The notes under the pieces are model-generated. The model was given only the letters and a program-made list of their open reading frames with translations, did no database searches and had not been told where the DNA came from. Of a stretch of DNA of 64,000 nucleotides, positions 41,228 through 54,518 are shown one piece after another; position 1 is the first letter of the stretch, and each line of letters begins with the position of its first letter. Where the stretch lies: NCBI GenBank assembly GCA_009602725.1, contig WELB01000028.1, forward strand, positions 709,972 to 773,971, read 5' to 3'. Made by a program: the position numbers and the translations under genes. The stretch comes from Spirogloea muscicola. Its lineage: Eukaryota.

Positions 41228-41259
<32 letters not shown>

Positions 41260-41510
41260 TGTGGGAAGCCAAGTGGCAAACGGGCCGTCCTCCAATCCCC
41301 TCAGCTCATCTGACTTCCTGTCTGCCTTTGCGTTTGGCTCCGCTTATTTAATCTTTAACACCCATCTGTATGCACCTGGCTGGACATTCACAGCGGCTCT
41401 GTTAATAAATATAAGCAGCCGCATTCGCAATACGAATTCCACATTCCACATTCTTTTCATCCCAGCCTGATTCGACCCCCCGGCGATCGGCGGCGCCCGC
41501 GGCGGCGGCG

Positions 41511-43569
41511 ATGGAGGCCGCCGCGGGGCCGCTGCCGCTGCTGCGGGCGAATTGCGCCGCCGCCGCCGCCGGCGTCGCCGCGCGCCGGGCTGGAGCACAA
41601 CCAGGTGAGGACGGCGCCCGCTGCGGGCGATCGGGCAGGCCCGCCCCAATCGCCTTAGTCCCATCGTTTGCCTCACCGTTAATAACCACAAGCCTCACAC
41701 GACGGCAGCGGCGTGATCCACGGCGGTGCAGATCCTGGCGACGGCGACGGCGGCCTGTCTCTTCGCGCAGGCCCTGAAGCCCGTCACGGCCGCCATCGCC
41801 GGCCAGGGCTTCAACCCGCGCCTGATCATCAAGTCGGGCGGCATGCCGTCCTCCCACTCGGCCGTACGCTCTCGCCTCTCAGCCCGAGCAGACCCACATT
41901 GCCCGCACGCCCAAGGAGCAGCTCAACCTGCTATTTGCTCGCTCAATGTACCATGTTCCGCTTGTCTTCCTAGTACTGGCGCCAATTTGGCCACATGTTC
42001 TGCAGCTCTGCTTGATGCGGCAGTGGAAACTCTGCCACTGTGCTCGCAGCTTGTTGGCCGAGCACGTTCGCTTTAGTCTGCGTGAGGGCTTGCTGACCAG
42101 CTGCAGCACCCTCTGGGCGCGAGTGTCCTGCAGGTGGTGACCAGCGTCGCGACTGCGTATGGCCTACAGAGGTGAGAGACACGGAGAGCTCAGTCGAACC
42201 TGAGGCATATACAGGGTCACGATGCAGGTCAACTGCAGCTGCCATACTTCATCCAGCTCGATGGAGAGATTGTCAGTTGCCTCCTTGCAACACGCTGAGC
42301 ATTTGAGCAGCGTAAGCATATGACTGGCCACCCTGCGCAAGGAGCATCGGAGAAATCTTACTTTATAGTCGAGGTTGGCAATGGAGCATGGCCTCCAGGG
42401 GTTTGGAGGACCCTGTCTTTGGCGTCCTGGTGGTATTTGCCTGCATTGTCATGTATGATGCCCAGGTCCGCCCTCCGATGCCGTTTCGCCCAAGGCAGAC
42501 GCCCTCTCAGACGCCCTCTCAGCGTGCGGCCGTTCAGCAGCAATACAGTACATGAAGATGTATCACAAGGACTTGCAGCCTCATGAGTTGATGTACTTAG
42601 ATCTTGACAGTGACCTGCTTCGTTGCACCCCCTCTCAGCACCCAATGCTGCCAACTGCTGCCAGGGCGTGCGGCGGGCGGTTGGCAAGCAGGCGGAAGTC
42701 ATCAACACGCTGGTTGTGCCTGAGCTTGATCACCCTTGCCAGCCCATAGATTTGGGACAAGTGGGGGCGGGAGAAAGCCCGCCGTTGCCGCGCGCTGCCA
42801 GCGGTGTACAGCCAGCCCAGGAACCGCAGCTTGCTGAGCTCGCCTTTGTTGCCAACAGCGATGACGGGGTGAGGTCGGATGTTGGTGATCGGCTGCTCGC
42901 AAACATTCCCGCTATGCCGGCTGGCGTGGAGCTCGCACAGGAGCCCAAGCGGGCCGAGCTGGCCTTCATGCAGGCTGGCGAGCAGCCAGGCGCCAGCGCC
43001 AGGACGAGTGTGCTGCCTCGAGCCCCTGGGTCAGCAGTGGCGGATGCTGGCCCGCACGACGATCTTTCTGAGTCCAGCAACGGCTCGCCCGCGTCGCTCG
43101 GCACCACGCTGTCCAGCCTGCCACGGTGGCTGGTAGAGGAGGTCCGAGGAAAGGCCTTCTTCAAGTCAGCAGAAGAGAAGCCTGCCATGAAGCAGGGCCT
43201 TGTTGAGAAGCAGGTAAGCACCTCGGACATGTGGCTCGTGCATCTTTGGTGTCACCATCGTTTGTGAATATTGGCAGTTTTCACTCAGCCTCTGGCTCTG
43301 CAGGACAAGCTAATCACAAGCCAGCAAAGTGCATGCAGCCAGGCAGTGCTTGCTGCACATGAGATGAAGCTCCTGGTGATTCCTTCCATAGGCTTCTCAC
43401 CCCTTCAAGTCGCATGTGTGCACTGAAGGAGCTAAGCGAACTGGAGGGGTGGAGGCACATCCCATTGAAAGAGAGCGTTGGCCACACCAAGCTCGAAGTG
43501 CTCGTGGGGGGCTGCGCTGGCATTGCCCTAGCCTTTTTATTGCACACTACAAGCAATCCCTCCATTTAA
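41511..43569 (+). CDS. DUF212 / acid phosphatase-vanadium haloperoxidase-related (YuiD-like) membrane protein
   Basis: AQALKP...SGGMPSSHSA, IVMYDAQ|GVRRAVGKQAEVIN, LKESVGHTKLEVLVG. Start codon is tentative. Confidence 0.9.
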
Positions 43570-43961
43570 GCAATGACAGGTGTTGACTGTCCATTAGCTT
43601 TGTGTCCTCGAGGCCCTCCAGCATGACTCGATACATATATTGAGTGGCTACATCTATGTGCATAAGTGGGCGCTGTTCTAAACGTAGAGTTGTGAGCTCT
43701 CGATGCACATCTCGGATTCATGATATGTCCAAGTATAGTGTGCTGTTACTGGCGAATAGCCTCAAGAGGAAGCGTCATTGATGCTTTTCCGTTTCAGAGG
43801 CAAGAGTTGGGCACCATGGAGCTGAAGGGCAATAATACTTGTGAGAGGTAAGCTGACAATTGAGACCTGCTTCTATTGCATGCATTGTCACACACGTTTG
43901 GATGCTGGGGTTATGCATAGGAGTCGTTTTAGAAGAAAGAATCTTAGTGTCGGTAAGAACT

Positions 43962-46900
43962 CTAAGTTGCTCGGAATATCAACCCAAGCGGGCAGTGATC
44001 GCTCCCTGGAAAGTCAGGGATGGTGTACGAGTCTAGGACTCTGTCGTACAACTGTTCAGAGACTAGGAAGTAGTCCAGCCTCCATCCTGCAAAGCAGGAA
44101 ACAGGTTGCTCTTTGGTCAGATGTTTGGCAGCTAGCTACGTCGTTGAGGAAGCTCGCAGCCAACAACTGCTTCGAGTGCGATGGAGGTACAGAGCAGATT
44201 TTCAGAAAAGCAGTTGAGCTCAGAAAGTCTAGTAAAGAGGTCACTTCCCAACCTTGGTTCTTGGGCCTGGTTTTCATGCGGTAACCCCAGTACGTGTATG
44301 CAACCTTTTTGGGGTGCTGCCTCCTGAAGGTATCCACAAACCCGTTCTGCAGGTAGTGCCTTGCAAAGCTCTCCCGCTCTTCAACTGTAAAGCCTGCACT
44401 TCTCTTGTTACCCTGCAGATAGGAAGAGGGCAACATGACCACAAGCTCCTTGTGGCACGAACATAGGAAGGCAGTGGCATTCTACTCATTTCTCCCGAGG
44501 TGCTAAGTACAACTTGACTGGCAATACAAGCCAGCAGACTTTGACATCGGCTCTAAGCTTGTGACCAGACTAACATTGTAGGGTCATAGCTTCTAATGAG
44601 GTGAGCTCCATCTCATGCTTCTTGGGCACAGTAGGCGTGCTAACTGCAGAGTGTGATACAGTGTGCACTGGACCTTTGACACAGGTCACTGTGCCCACCA
44701 TGGGGTTGTAGATATCAATTTCCTCATAGGCGCAATTGAGATCACCAGTCAAGATCACAGGCTTCGTATGCTCCAGCATCTGCAGAAGGTGGCCAGCTGC
44801 TGCATTCAATGACCTCACAATAGCAATACTATCTATCAGAAAAGGTACTAGCTGTTAAGTGACTTCACTGAAAAATCCTGCCATATAGCGAGCAATAGCC
44901 AAATGCAACTCTGCTAGTATTCCGGGAGCTGAGTGCTTGCTGCAGGTCCTCAGCACAGGCTGAGATTCAGTTGGCTACCCTGAAAAAGCATTGAATGTAG
45001 TGATCAATTGCCAGTACACAGTATAGCATTTGATCAGAGTCAGTCAACATTACTCACCTTCAGGTACGCAGAGAGAGAGCGATCCCACTGATGCTGCCGG
45101 TAGTCCTGCGCCATAGGTCAACGAAAAGTATGGGCCAGGTGTTTGTGGACTCAAATATATTAGTCTTCAAGCAGCTTTTCAAGAGCGCGGGAACCGAATG
45201 CAACGAGTCATGGCAGCTGCTACTGGCGAATCATTGCACCACTTCCATGAGGGCTCACAGCATGAAATACCAAGCGGACAAGCTGGTCCCCAGAGTTGGG
45301 GACGTAACAGACCACAACATAGTGGCCCTCGTATTCAGCAGTTATGAGCCTGCCTTCCTTGTCGTGGTCATCTATGCCCATCCCATACCTCACTGAGATG
45401 GGCTCTTCCTGCAAGTCGCACGATGCAGGCTTGCCAGCGTGATTGCAGATCCTCCATAAGTCATTACTTCACTCTTTCAGATGCCCGATGGGCATGGGGA
45501 CATCCGATCAAGATCAGAATGAATGATCCAATATGCTTTCTTCGAAGAGCGTGAGTGGCTGATGCAATGATGCAGGACGACCTTATTATCAGGCAGATAA
45601 TTTACCTTTGATAGCAGCGCGGTGCCAGAGTACCCGAGCCTTGCGTTGCTGCAGTTCCAGTAGGTGCTCTTGTAGCTCAATGGCACCTGGCTCCTGACTT
45701 TGTCCACGTCCTTGTCCTGATAGTCAAGAACAAGTGTCATGGATGTAGTGAGCATTTTCTCTTGCCTATTGATACGCTTCAGGATGCTTCATGTGCCCTC
45801 TGTTTCCCGATTTCGAGTTCCAGCACACAAATTTGGCAAAATTGAACAAACCATGCTATGCTTCTATGTGACTGGTGGCATGCAAGAAGCGGTCCAATGA
45901 CACGATCAGGAAAAGTGGACAGAATGTCCTGTACCTTGTCATGCACATGCTATGTACAATCATCCTGTAACCTATGGCTTTAACCCCATTTTATGCCGTT
46001 ATGTGGCAAGTGCTCTGCGGCCAAAACCTCGTCGACTGTGCTGCTGTTTCTGCATACCAACCTGCAGCTTTGTCTCCTGAAGGCAGATGACGTCAGGGTC
46101 CTCCCGCAGCGCGAGTTCTTCCAGCAGACGCGCCTGCTCGTCTCCGTCGCCACCCTGAGACACCGCCCGCATCACAGCGCGGAGGCCATTGACGTTCCAC
46201 GACACAACCTTCACCAGACCGTGCCGTTCGTCTGGCCGCAGAGGCCGCATGGTTGCTGGATTATAGGCCACCCAGTCTTCTGCGGGCCTCCTGAAACAAA
46301 GGCAGGAATAAGCTCAGCTCAAGTATAAGTTCGCAGCAATGATCTAGATTGATTTAGGTGTCAGGATATAGTCTTCTACTTCCTTTATCCTTATCAAACT
46401 TAGACTCCAGTGCTCAAAGTGAAGGTTGTGAACCATATGCCTTCGGTGAATATGCCGTATATGCCATATACTTGACAGTGCGCATACAAAGGAAGACCAC
46501 GTGACAGATACGGACTTGTGCACAAGCCTAGTCCAGGGCTGGGTGCTGGCCGCCTCCGCAGCCACCTGAGCGGCTTGAGCTGCTGCTGCCAAGTCCACAA
46601 CATTGCTGGGCAAGCGAGGCTCCACGGCGCGCTTTGGCAGCTGCTTGACTTGCCGCCGCTTCTTGGCTGGAGCAGGCACCCCAGCCTCGGGTTCCACCAC
46701 ACTGCCCGTCGATTGGGCACCGGCCCTTTTCCTGCCGGAAGACCGCCGCGCCCTCACTGTTGCAATTGCCTCCACCTTGGCACGTGACTTCAATGCTGGC
46801 GTATCATGGCGCAGCTTAGTTGCTGGGGCGGTCTTCTCGATGGGTTCGCCGAGCACCAGCGCTGGTTTCCTGCCCCGCTGCCGCACCTGTGCCTCGATCA

Positions 46901-47725
46901 ACCTCAGCCTTTCTTCCGCGGGCTTCTTGGGTTCTGACGCATGGCGGGCTGCAGGCCGGCCTCGCCGCCGCGTCGCGGCGGGCTTATCGTGTTTGCCGCC
47001 GTTGCCATTTGTGGCCAGAGTTCCATCTACAGCTGGCTCCTCAGGTTCAGCCTCCTTGTCGCCACCATCACTCTGGACGCGGAGGCTGGCCCGCGTGATC
47101 CTCCTAGTGCTGCGCGCCAGCAGCATCTGGCCCCACCCTCATGCGCATGAGTACCGAGCTCAATTGGCGAGCCACACAGAGCAGGCATGCGTGCTAACGA
47201 GCAGCAACCGAAGCCATGGAGGACAAGCTTCTCCGCCTAAGTCCAGGAGGGCGTTTTGGGTAAGAGCGTCGAGTGCTCGAGGTTGAGGCTCAAAGGCCAA
47301 CGGGCTACTCTTGAGATGTTCCACAAGCTACTGTTTCAGAATCCCAGTGACCCTCAGGCGTCATCGCATGCCTGGCACTCGTGTCGCAATACAAGGAAAG
47401 GCTGCATCGTTGAGCCAGTCACCGTCATGGGCAGCTTCGCAGCTGTGCGACGAGCCTCTGCATCCCCACGCACTCCCCAGCGCACCGGCACCGCCGGAGT
47501 AGCAGTGGTGTCAGGATGCGCCGAGGAGTCCACGATCCACCGAGACGCCCAGCGAGCTGCCCCAAAGCGAGTGCTAAAACTCGATGGCGAGAAGGGGCAG
47601 GCCGTCGTGGGCCTCTCCTTGCCGAGCCCGCGCGCCAGCAGCAGCGGCGTGGCGGCGGCGGCGGCGCGGGCTCTCAGCTCGGCGGCCGCTGGGGAGGAGG
47701 CCCTGGAGAGGGACGCCAAGAGCAT
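43962..47725 (-). CDS. ARP: Apurinic endonuclease-redox protein (ExoIII/APE1 family) with long basic N-terminal extension
   Basis: [71 protein letters not shown]. The 5' exons and start are uncertain. Confidence 0.9.
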
Positions 47726-48614
47726 GGGGCTGAGGCTGCTCAGCCGCGCCACGCCTCGCCACGGTGGGCCGCCACAATGGGGGCTCACGGCTCGGCAGTC
47801 GCCATGTTGGACGTCACGAGCCAGGCCCCGGCGACCAGCTGCCACAGTGGAGCTCCCGGCTGCGTCGCCCGAAAGCCTCGCTTGCGAGCTGGGTCCCCAC
47901 GTTGATTGCGGCGCTGGCAAGCCCAAGTGGCGACACCGAAGCGTCGTCGGGAATCTGGAGGCCAAGGAAGCCGTCCGGCGCGAGGGGCTCTCCTCGCCAG
48001 CCCCAGCACCGCCGCTGGGGTCCTGGCGGCGTGGCTGCGCGGGGGGTGGCGCTGCCGGTGCCGGCTCTGCCGCGGCGGCTCGAAGCGGAGTGGAGGGGAG
48101 GGGCGCCCAGAAGATATAGCGGGTTGCGAGGGACCGCTAGACGCGGCGTGCAATGCGGCGCGTGACGCGGCGTTGAGTGCGGCGTTGAAAGCGGCGGGAA
48201 ACGCGGCGGCGGCGGCGGCGCGAGGATCTGAGCTAGCCCCGTGGCGAGCAGGCCGGGCGAGGCGGCGGCGGGGGACTAGAAGACAAAAGCCTCTGCGGGG
48301 CCCCGGCACGGTAAGCCGACGTTCCCGGACGCGACGACGTCTCCCAACCGGGGGACTGGCGAAAGCGGTCGCCAAGGCGGGGGCGCCAGCGCGGCCGGGC
48401 GGCAAGACCCGCAGAGGAGGCGGGGGTAGCCACGTGGCGCGCGGCTCGGCCAAGGCCCGCCGCCACGCGCCGGGCCGGCGAGCGGCGCACGTGCGAGGCG
48501 CCCCAACGGCCCGCGCCCCCAGGCGACAGGGGAGGAGTTCCAATCGGCCAGGCCACAGTCTCCCCCTTCGCCGCGGTTTCTCGGGCGTCGGCGGCGGCGG
48601 CGGGCGGCGGCGCC

Positions 48615-50195
48615 ATGGCCAAGGGCGGCGACGGCGGCGGCATGCGCGGCGGCGGCGGCGACGGCGGCGGCAACGGGCCGTCGGTGGTGATCGGCATCGG
48701 GCGGCGCGGGGGGCGCGCGATCATGCCGGACTTCCTGCAGAGCGTGAACCTGAAGCACGTGAAGCTGGGGTACCACATCCTGGTGTCGCACGCCGTCACG
48801 CTGTGCCTCCTGCCGCTGGTCCTCAGCGCCGGCGCGGAGCTGGCCCGCATGGGCCCCGGCCGCCTGGCCCGCCTCTCCGACGCCCTCCGCTACAACTTCG
48901 CCTCCACGCTCCTCTGCCTCGCCGCGCTGGTCTTCGGGGCCACCGTGTGGGCGCTGGCGCGGCCCCGCCCCGTCTACCTCGTCGACCACTCGTGCTACCG
49001 CCCCGACGACGCCCTCCGCTCGCCCGCCGCCATGTTCAAGGCCCACAGCGCCGCGTCGGGGTTCTTCGACGAGACGAGCCTGGAGTTCCAGGCCAAGATC
49101 CTGGAGCGCTCGGGCCTGGGCGACGGCACGTACCTGCCCGCCGGCGTGCGCGCCATCCCGCCGGACCCCTGCATGGCCAACGCCCGCGCCGAGGCCGAGG
49201 CCGTGATGTTCGGCGCCATCGACGACCTCCTGGCGCGCACTGCCGTGAGTCCCAAGGACGTGGGCATTGTCGTCGTCAACTGCTCGCTCTTCAACCCCAC
49301 GCCCTCGCTCTCCGCCATGGTCGTCAACCGCTACTCCATGCGCGGCTCCACGCGCACCTACAACCTCGGCGGCATGGGCTGCTCCGCCGGCGTCATCGCC
49401 GTCGACCTCGCCCGCGACCTCCTCCAGGTCCACGGCGGCACGTACGCGCTCGTCGTGTCCACCGAGAACATCACCCAGAACTGGTACTTCGGCAACCGCC
49501 GCGCCATGCTCATCCCCAACTGCCTCTTCCGCATGGGCGGAGCCGCGGTGCTGCTCTCCAATCGCCGCGCCGACGCCCGGCGTGCCAAGTACGAGCTCGT
49601 GCACACGGTGCGCACGCACAAGGGCGCGGACGAGAAGTGCTACCAGGTGGTGTACCAGGAGCAGGACGAGAACGGCCAGATGGGCGTGCGCCTCTCCAAG
49701 GACCTCATGGCCATTGCGGGCGACGCGCTCAAGACCAACATCACGACGCTGGGCCCGCTGGTGCTCCCGCTGTCGGAGCAGCTCCTGTTCTTCGCCGTGC
49801 TCGTCGCGCGCCGCGTGCTGCGCCTCAAGGGCATCAAGCCGTACATCCCCGACTTCAAGCTCGCGTTTGAGCACTTCTGCATCCACGCCGGCGGCCGCGC
49901 CGTGCTCGACGAGCTCGAGAAGAACCTGCAGCTCACGCCGGCGCACGTCGAGCCGTCGCGCATGACGCTCTACCGCTGGGGCAACACCTCCTCCTCCTCC
50001 ATCTGGTACGAGCTCGCGTACTTGGAGGCCAGGGGACGCGTGCGCCGTGGCGACCGCGTCTGGCAGATTGCCTTTGGCTCGGGGTTCAAGTGTAACAGCG
50101 CTGTCTGGCGCGCCCGCCGCACCATCAAGCCCGAGACACGCTGGCCCTGGCTCGACGACATTGACAAGCTTCCAGTCAAACTCCCTGAATTTTAG
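48615..50195 (+). CDS. KCS: 3-ketoacyl-CoA synthase (very-long-chain fatty acid elongase, FAE1/KCS), intronless
   Basis: 526-aa ORF with PDFLQSVNLKHVKLGYH, NCSLFNPTPSLSAM, GMGCSAG (catalytic Cys), FCIHAGG, GNTSSSS, AFGSGFKCNS. Confidence 0.97.
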   Translation: MAKGGDGGGMRGGGGDGGGNGPSVVIGIGRRGGRAIMPDFLQSVNLKHVKLGYHILVSHAVTLCLLPLVLSAGAELARMGPGRLARLSDALRYNFASTLLCLAALVFGATVWALARPRPVYLVDHSCYRPDDALRSPAAMFKAHSAASGFFDETSLEFQAKILERSGLGDGTYLPAGVRAIPPDPCMANARAEAEAVMFGAIDDLLARTAVSPKDVGIVVVNCSLFNPTPSLSAMVVNRYSMRGSTRTYNLGGMGCSAGVIAVDLARDLLQVHGGTYALVVSTENITQNWYFGNRRAMLIPNCLFRMGGAAVLLSNRRADARRAKYELVHTVRTHKGADEKCYQVVYQEQDENGQMGVRLSKDLMAIAGDALKTNITTLGPLVLPLSEQLLFFAVLVARRVLRLKGIKPYIPDFKLAFEHFCIHAGGRAVLDELEKNLQLTPAHVEPSRMTLYRWGNTSSSSIWYELAYLEARGRVRRGDRVWQIAFGSGFKCNSAVWRARRTIKPETRWPWLDDIDKLPVKLPEF

Positions 50196-53100
50196 GCCTA
50201 GGTAAGTCACCATGGCTTATCTCTTTCAGTGTACTCTTCAGTGCAGCTACAGGTGTAAAGTAAAAACGGACAGGCAGTCACACAAAGAGCCGACTTGTGT
50301 TTGTTGCAAAGCAGCAAAGAGTAGTTGCTATGACCTCTATGCTGTACCAGAAGGCCTGGGCCCGTGAACTCATTTGCAGATACCAATTAGTCTCAATAAT
50401 GGCTGACTTTGGTATTCAGCAGCATTGAGCAATGTTCTGGATGGGAAGGTCGGATTCTCTTGTCCTCACCGCTTGTTATCTTCTGCTGGTGCTGCTTCTT
50501 GTTGCCAGGGGTTGCAGCTTTTGGAAGCTCCCAATTGATTGCCGCAGCATATTGCAGCCAGCCGACGGGCTGCCAAGGAAGACAGCGTGGGCTTTTGGAC
50601 GGCATTCGGTGGACTCCCCCGTCAAAGTGACGGGTAGCCCTCCGGCGGCCAATGATGCTTCAGGCAGAGCATTCAAGCTCTGACTAGGGCCAAGGCTGAG
50701 CTGTCCAGAGCTGGATATTGACGAGGGCATCCTTCGAGCGGTGTTGTCTGCATGGAAAGTGCCGTGGAGACCAACAACCGCCCTAAGGGTAGGCCTCGTC
50801 ATATGCTGCGCCTACAAAGCGAGGACGACATGAATAATGAGGCAGCCCAAGCTGGCTCTGGAGGTCATGTGAGCTGAGACTCACCTTAGATTGCGCCAGA
50901 TTCATCCCTTCCAACATGCTCATGTGCAGAATGTGGCACATGGCAATTTATTGCGTCAGACCTCAAATTTGCAAGCTATGAATTGTCATACTGCAAGCTG
51001 CTCTGTGTGCCCCTGCCTGTTAGTGGTAGAAGGTGGTGCAATCTGGACTTCTGCAAGTCTTGCTTATCACTCTGTTTGGGCAAGACCTCGTCACAGGTAA
51101 AAGTCCTGGACGTGCTGAGCCTTTAATTGGTCAACTCTTGCCTAGCTCTTGCCTAGCTTATGCCTAATCTGCAGCATGCAACCAAACACCCCATCCATTT
51201 TCTCCGATGTCTCCCTGAGGCATATTGAATGTCTTGACATTCATCTGCCTTCAGGCATGTCTTAAATGTAGAGTGCTCCTGTTGGGAGCCTTTTTATTTT
51301 CTGGCTGAAAGTCAGGAGCTGGCAGTGCAACATGAAGTACACCCTGATCAGAACCATGTCCTTGTCGATGATGACAATGTTGCAATTTGACGCTTATCGT
51401 CAAATGGAATATTGAGGCTAGAAATCAGCGATTTGGTTATCGCTTGAGCACCTAAGCACTTACTCCCTAAACAATGTCATGACCAGGAATCTCTAGTTTT
51501 CACATAATTGTAGAATGTGCACACATGCAAGATGCACTATGCAGGGTTGGGTAGCAAGTCTTTACCTGCACCTTTCAGATATACAACTTGTGCATATTTC
51601 TGCCCTTTTCTGCTAGGTTTCAGCATGAAGACTTTGTATGTAAGGTTCATAGCTTGTCCACCAGGAGACAAAGGCAGAGCAGCCTTCAAGTTGTGGCGGC
51701 CTTGTGTCACATTTACAGATTGATTTCGAACTGAGAAGAACTTTGACGAGATGATGCAGACATTGAAGCTGATTATGATTGCACACATGGTGCTTCAATG
51801 TACCACCAGATATGAAAGTAGCACAAGATGTCAAGGACATCAACATCGGATGCAAATTGTCTGTCATGGAAGAATTTTAGATGCTGTGCAATCATCGCTG
51901 AAGTACAAGTCCAGTGGCGGATGCGTAAGGGCTGTGGAAGACCACCTTCTCTCCGGTAAGTAATTCCACCTTGGTGGGAGTAGTGCAGGGCCAGAGAAGA
52001 ACGCCAGGTTGTCTGCTTCTGTAGGCAGTAAGCAGCCACAGGCCTGTGGCGTATCCAATGTGAAGCTGCAGCAACGACCTCCCACTGGCTCATTCATGTG
52101 CTGCAGATACCTAGATAAGGATGCAGCAAGGATTCAACACAATACAAATTCCGGATGCATCACAACGCAGATGCACAACCTGGGTCAGTGATGGCAAGGC
52201 CAGGGCATGGAAATGCGGCCAGGCTGAGCACAGCGGCCTTCCAGGCCAGGTACATGGCCTGGAGGACGATGCCGCCAGCCAGCTACCTGGCACGTACAGC
52301 TAAGATTTGCAGCGCATCATATGGCAGAAGTGCGGGGCGATGGCATGAGTGCTGAGCCGGAGGACATGGTGGGCACTGTTGGCAAGACTGCAACGTGCAA
52401 CCATGGGCGTGCACAAGCACGCGGGAGGGATAAGCCGTGGCTACCAAATCAGCGCCGACTGTGCGACGAACCATGCAGCCATGGCAGCCCATACCAGGCG
52501 GTTGGCTGCGTCCATGACGCGTTGGCGACCATGTATAATTGCTGCCGCCTCGAGGCCTGCAACGCTTGCAAGGAGGGTGCCGGAGGCCGCCAGGATGGTG
52601 GCCATTAACTAGGCTCGCTCTGGCTGCCACGGCGCTGGTGACCTATTCCAGGCAAGTGATGCATGCCACAAGGAGGGCGTACTGAGCGTGGCAAAGGTGG
52701 CCTGCCGGCAGGCCCAGCATTGCTCTATTGCTCCGCAATAGAAGCTCGCCTCCCACCCTCCTCCTCCTGTCTCCTCTGCCTCTGCCACCATCTTTGCAAT
52801 GCTGAGCTTGCTTGGCTACAAGGAGGTCACTGCCGATAACGTAGACCATGCCACGACCAGCGCCGCTCTCGCAGCAGGCCAACGTGCTGCCTGGCGGCTG
52901 GCAGGCCAAGGAATGACGGCCCAGTGGCGGTACACATGATCATCCCGACGGCGCTGCCCAGCCGCGGGCTGCTGGCGGCCACCTCAACCGGCAGGAGGTC
53001 CTCGTCAAGCGAGGAACTGAGCCGCTGCTGGAGAGCCATTGCTTGGCGCATCCGTCGCCACCGGCCATCACGGCTTGCAGGCGGTGGCGGCCTCGTCGGT

Positions 53101-54136
53101 CGGCATTGGGGCCGGCCATTTGCGCTGCACCGCCTGACGCTGCAGGGGCTCGTTGAGAAGAGCGCGCCCGCGGCGCCGCTGGGGACGGCTGAGAACGGCA
53201 TGGCAAGGCTCGGACGAGGCTGGGGGCAGCTCCCGGGGGGAGGCAGGGAGCGGCTTGGGAAGGCATGCCCGCACATGGCTGGGAATGGCTTGCCAAGGCT
53301 GGGCTGCTGACGAGCCGGTCTGGACCGGCCCGGAATGGCATCGGCCCACATACGGCCGGGCAAGGCTTGGCGAGGGCTGTTGGACCGGATACGGCCAGCC
53401 TGAAGCAGCTGGGAGAGTAGGCGCGCGGAGCGCATGAACTGAGGAGGAGGCCACTTCAAGCCGATACTGTGGTCAGGCAGGATTTGGTGCAAAAGAAACA
53501 AGGCTACATAAAGCGGAAGCCCCTATGCTAAGGTGTCGAAGGTTAACAGAGAGGAGAACAGCTCTTCCGATTTACGGCAACGGCTGTGAGAGGCCAGCCC
53601 AAACTGGAAGAGCCTTGAATTGGAAGAGCTGTTGCTTCTTTCTGGCTTCTTCGAACTTTCTTCATTCTTTATGGACTCCGACTTGCTGCTGCTAATTCGG
53701 GGTTACTAAGCTCCTTTTTGCTGTAGTCTCTTGCTCAGCTGTGTGCTTTAGGCGCCTTCCGGCCCTTTGGACCTTGTCTATTCTTTCTGGGCTGGCTAGT
53801 CAGAGCCCCTGCCTATGTTAAAAGAAGCTGTTGTTTCTTTCTGGGCTGGCCAATCTCAGCCATCGCCCTCCACTGGAAGAGTCTTCCTTCTTAGACGCAG
53901 CTCTTCCGTTACAAAACAGAGGCTGTAAAAAGCCAGCCCAGAATGGAGAAGGCTTATGGAGGCCGAAAGGCGCCTAAATCACACAGCTATGCAAGAGACT
54001 ACAGCGGATGGGTGCCTAGGAACTCCGCAAGCGGCTGTCTGTCTCCTTCCAACGCTCCCTAGCTCACGCACGTGCACTTGCCGGCAGGCCGCACTATGGC
54101 TGCTGCTTCTTGATCTCGTTGGGGTGCCTCTCTTCC

Positions 54137-54518
54137 AGCTGCATATGGTCTAGGTCTAGCTGTTTTGTGTGGAGCTGCGCTGTAGCGCCTTGGGATGCTC
54201 ATCACGGACAGCGGTGGACGAGCTCTAGGGATTTTGACCTAGGACTGGGTGGATAGCATGGGCCCCACACGCTGGTTGCCAGGTCAGCGGCTTATCTGCC
54301 GGGCTGGCCGACCAGCTCAGCCTCCCCGCGATTTTCGCTGCAGGTCGGGCCGGGGTCATAAGACACTGGATGGCAGGCAGCCCTTGCTCTTCTCAACACC
54401 TTCAGGCCCTCCTAGTCCGGTCGCTCCCCAGTCGTCGCCGCCGCTGTCCGTGATGAACATCCCAAGGCGCTACAACGCAGCTCCACACAAAGCAGCTAGA
54501 CCTAGACCATATGCAGCT
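54137..54518. repeat. 78-bp near-perfect inverted repeat (arms 54137-54214, 54441-54518)
   Basis: Arms match 75/78 by manual comparison, with a 226-bp spacer. Confidence 0.9.

Noticed and set aside
33503..47126. Dualen-type element (APE plus RT plus RLE) or an RT-nuclease system
   Set aside because: The AP endonuclease is a multi-intron cellular ARP gene separated from the RT by UFC1 and DUF212.
47906..50213. 654-aa (+) and 645-aa (-) ORFs overlapping KCS
   Set aside because: Shadow ORFs caused by extreme GC3; no recognisable motifs.
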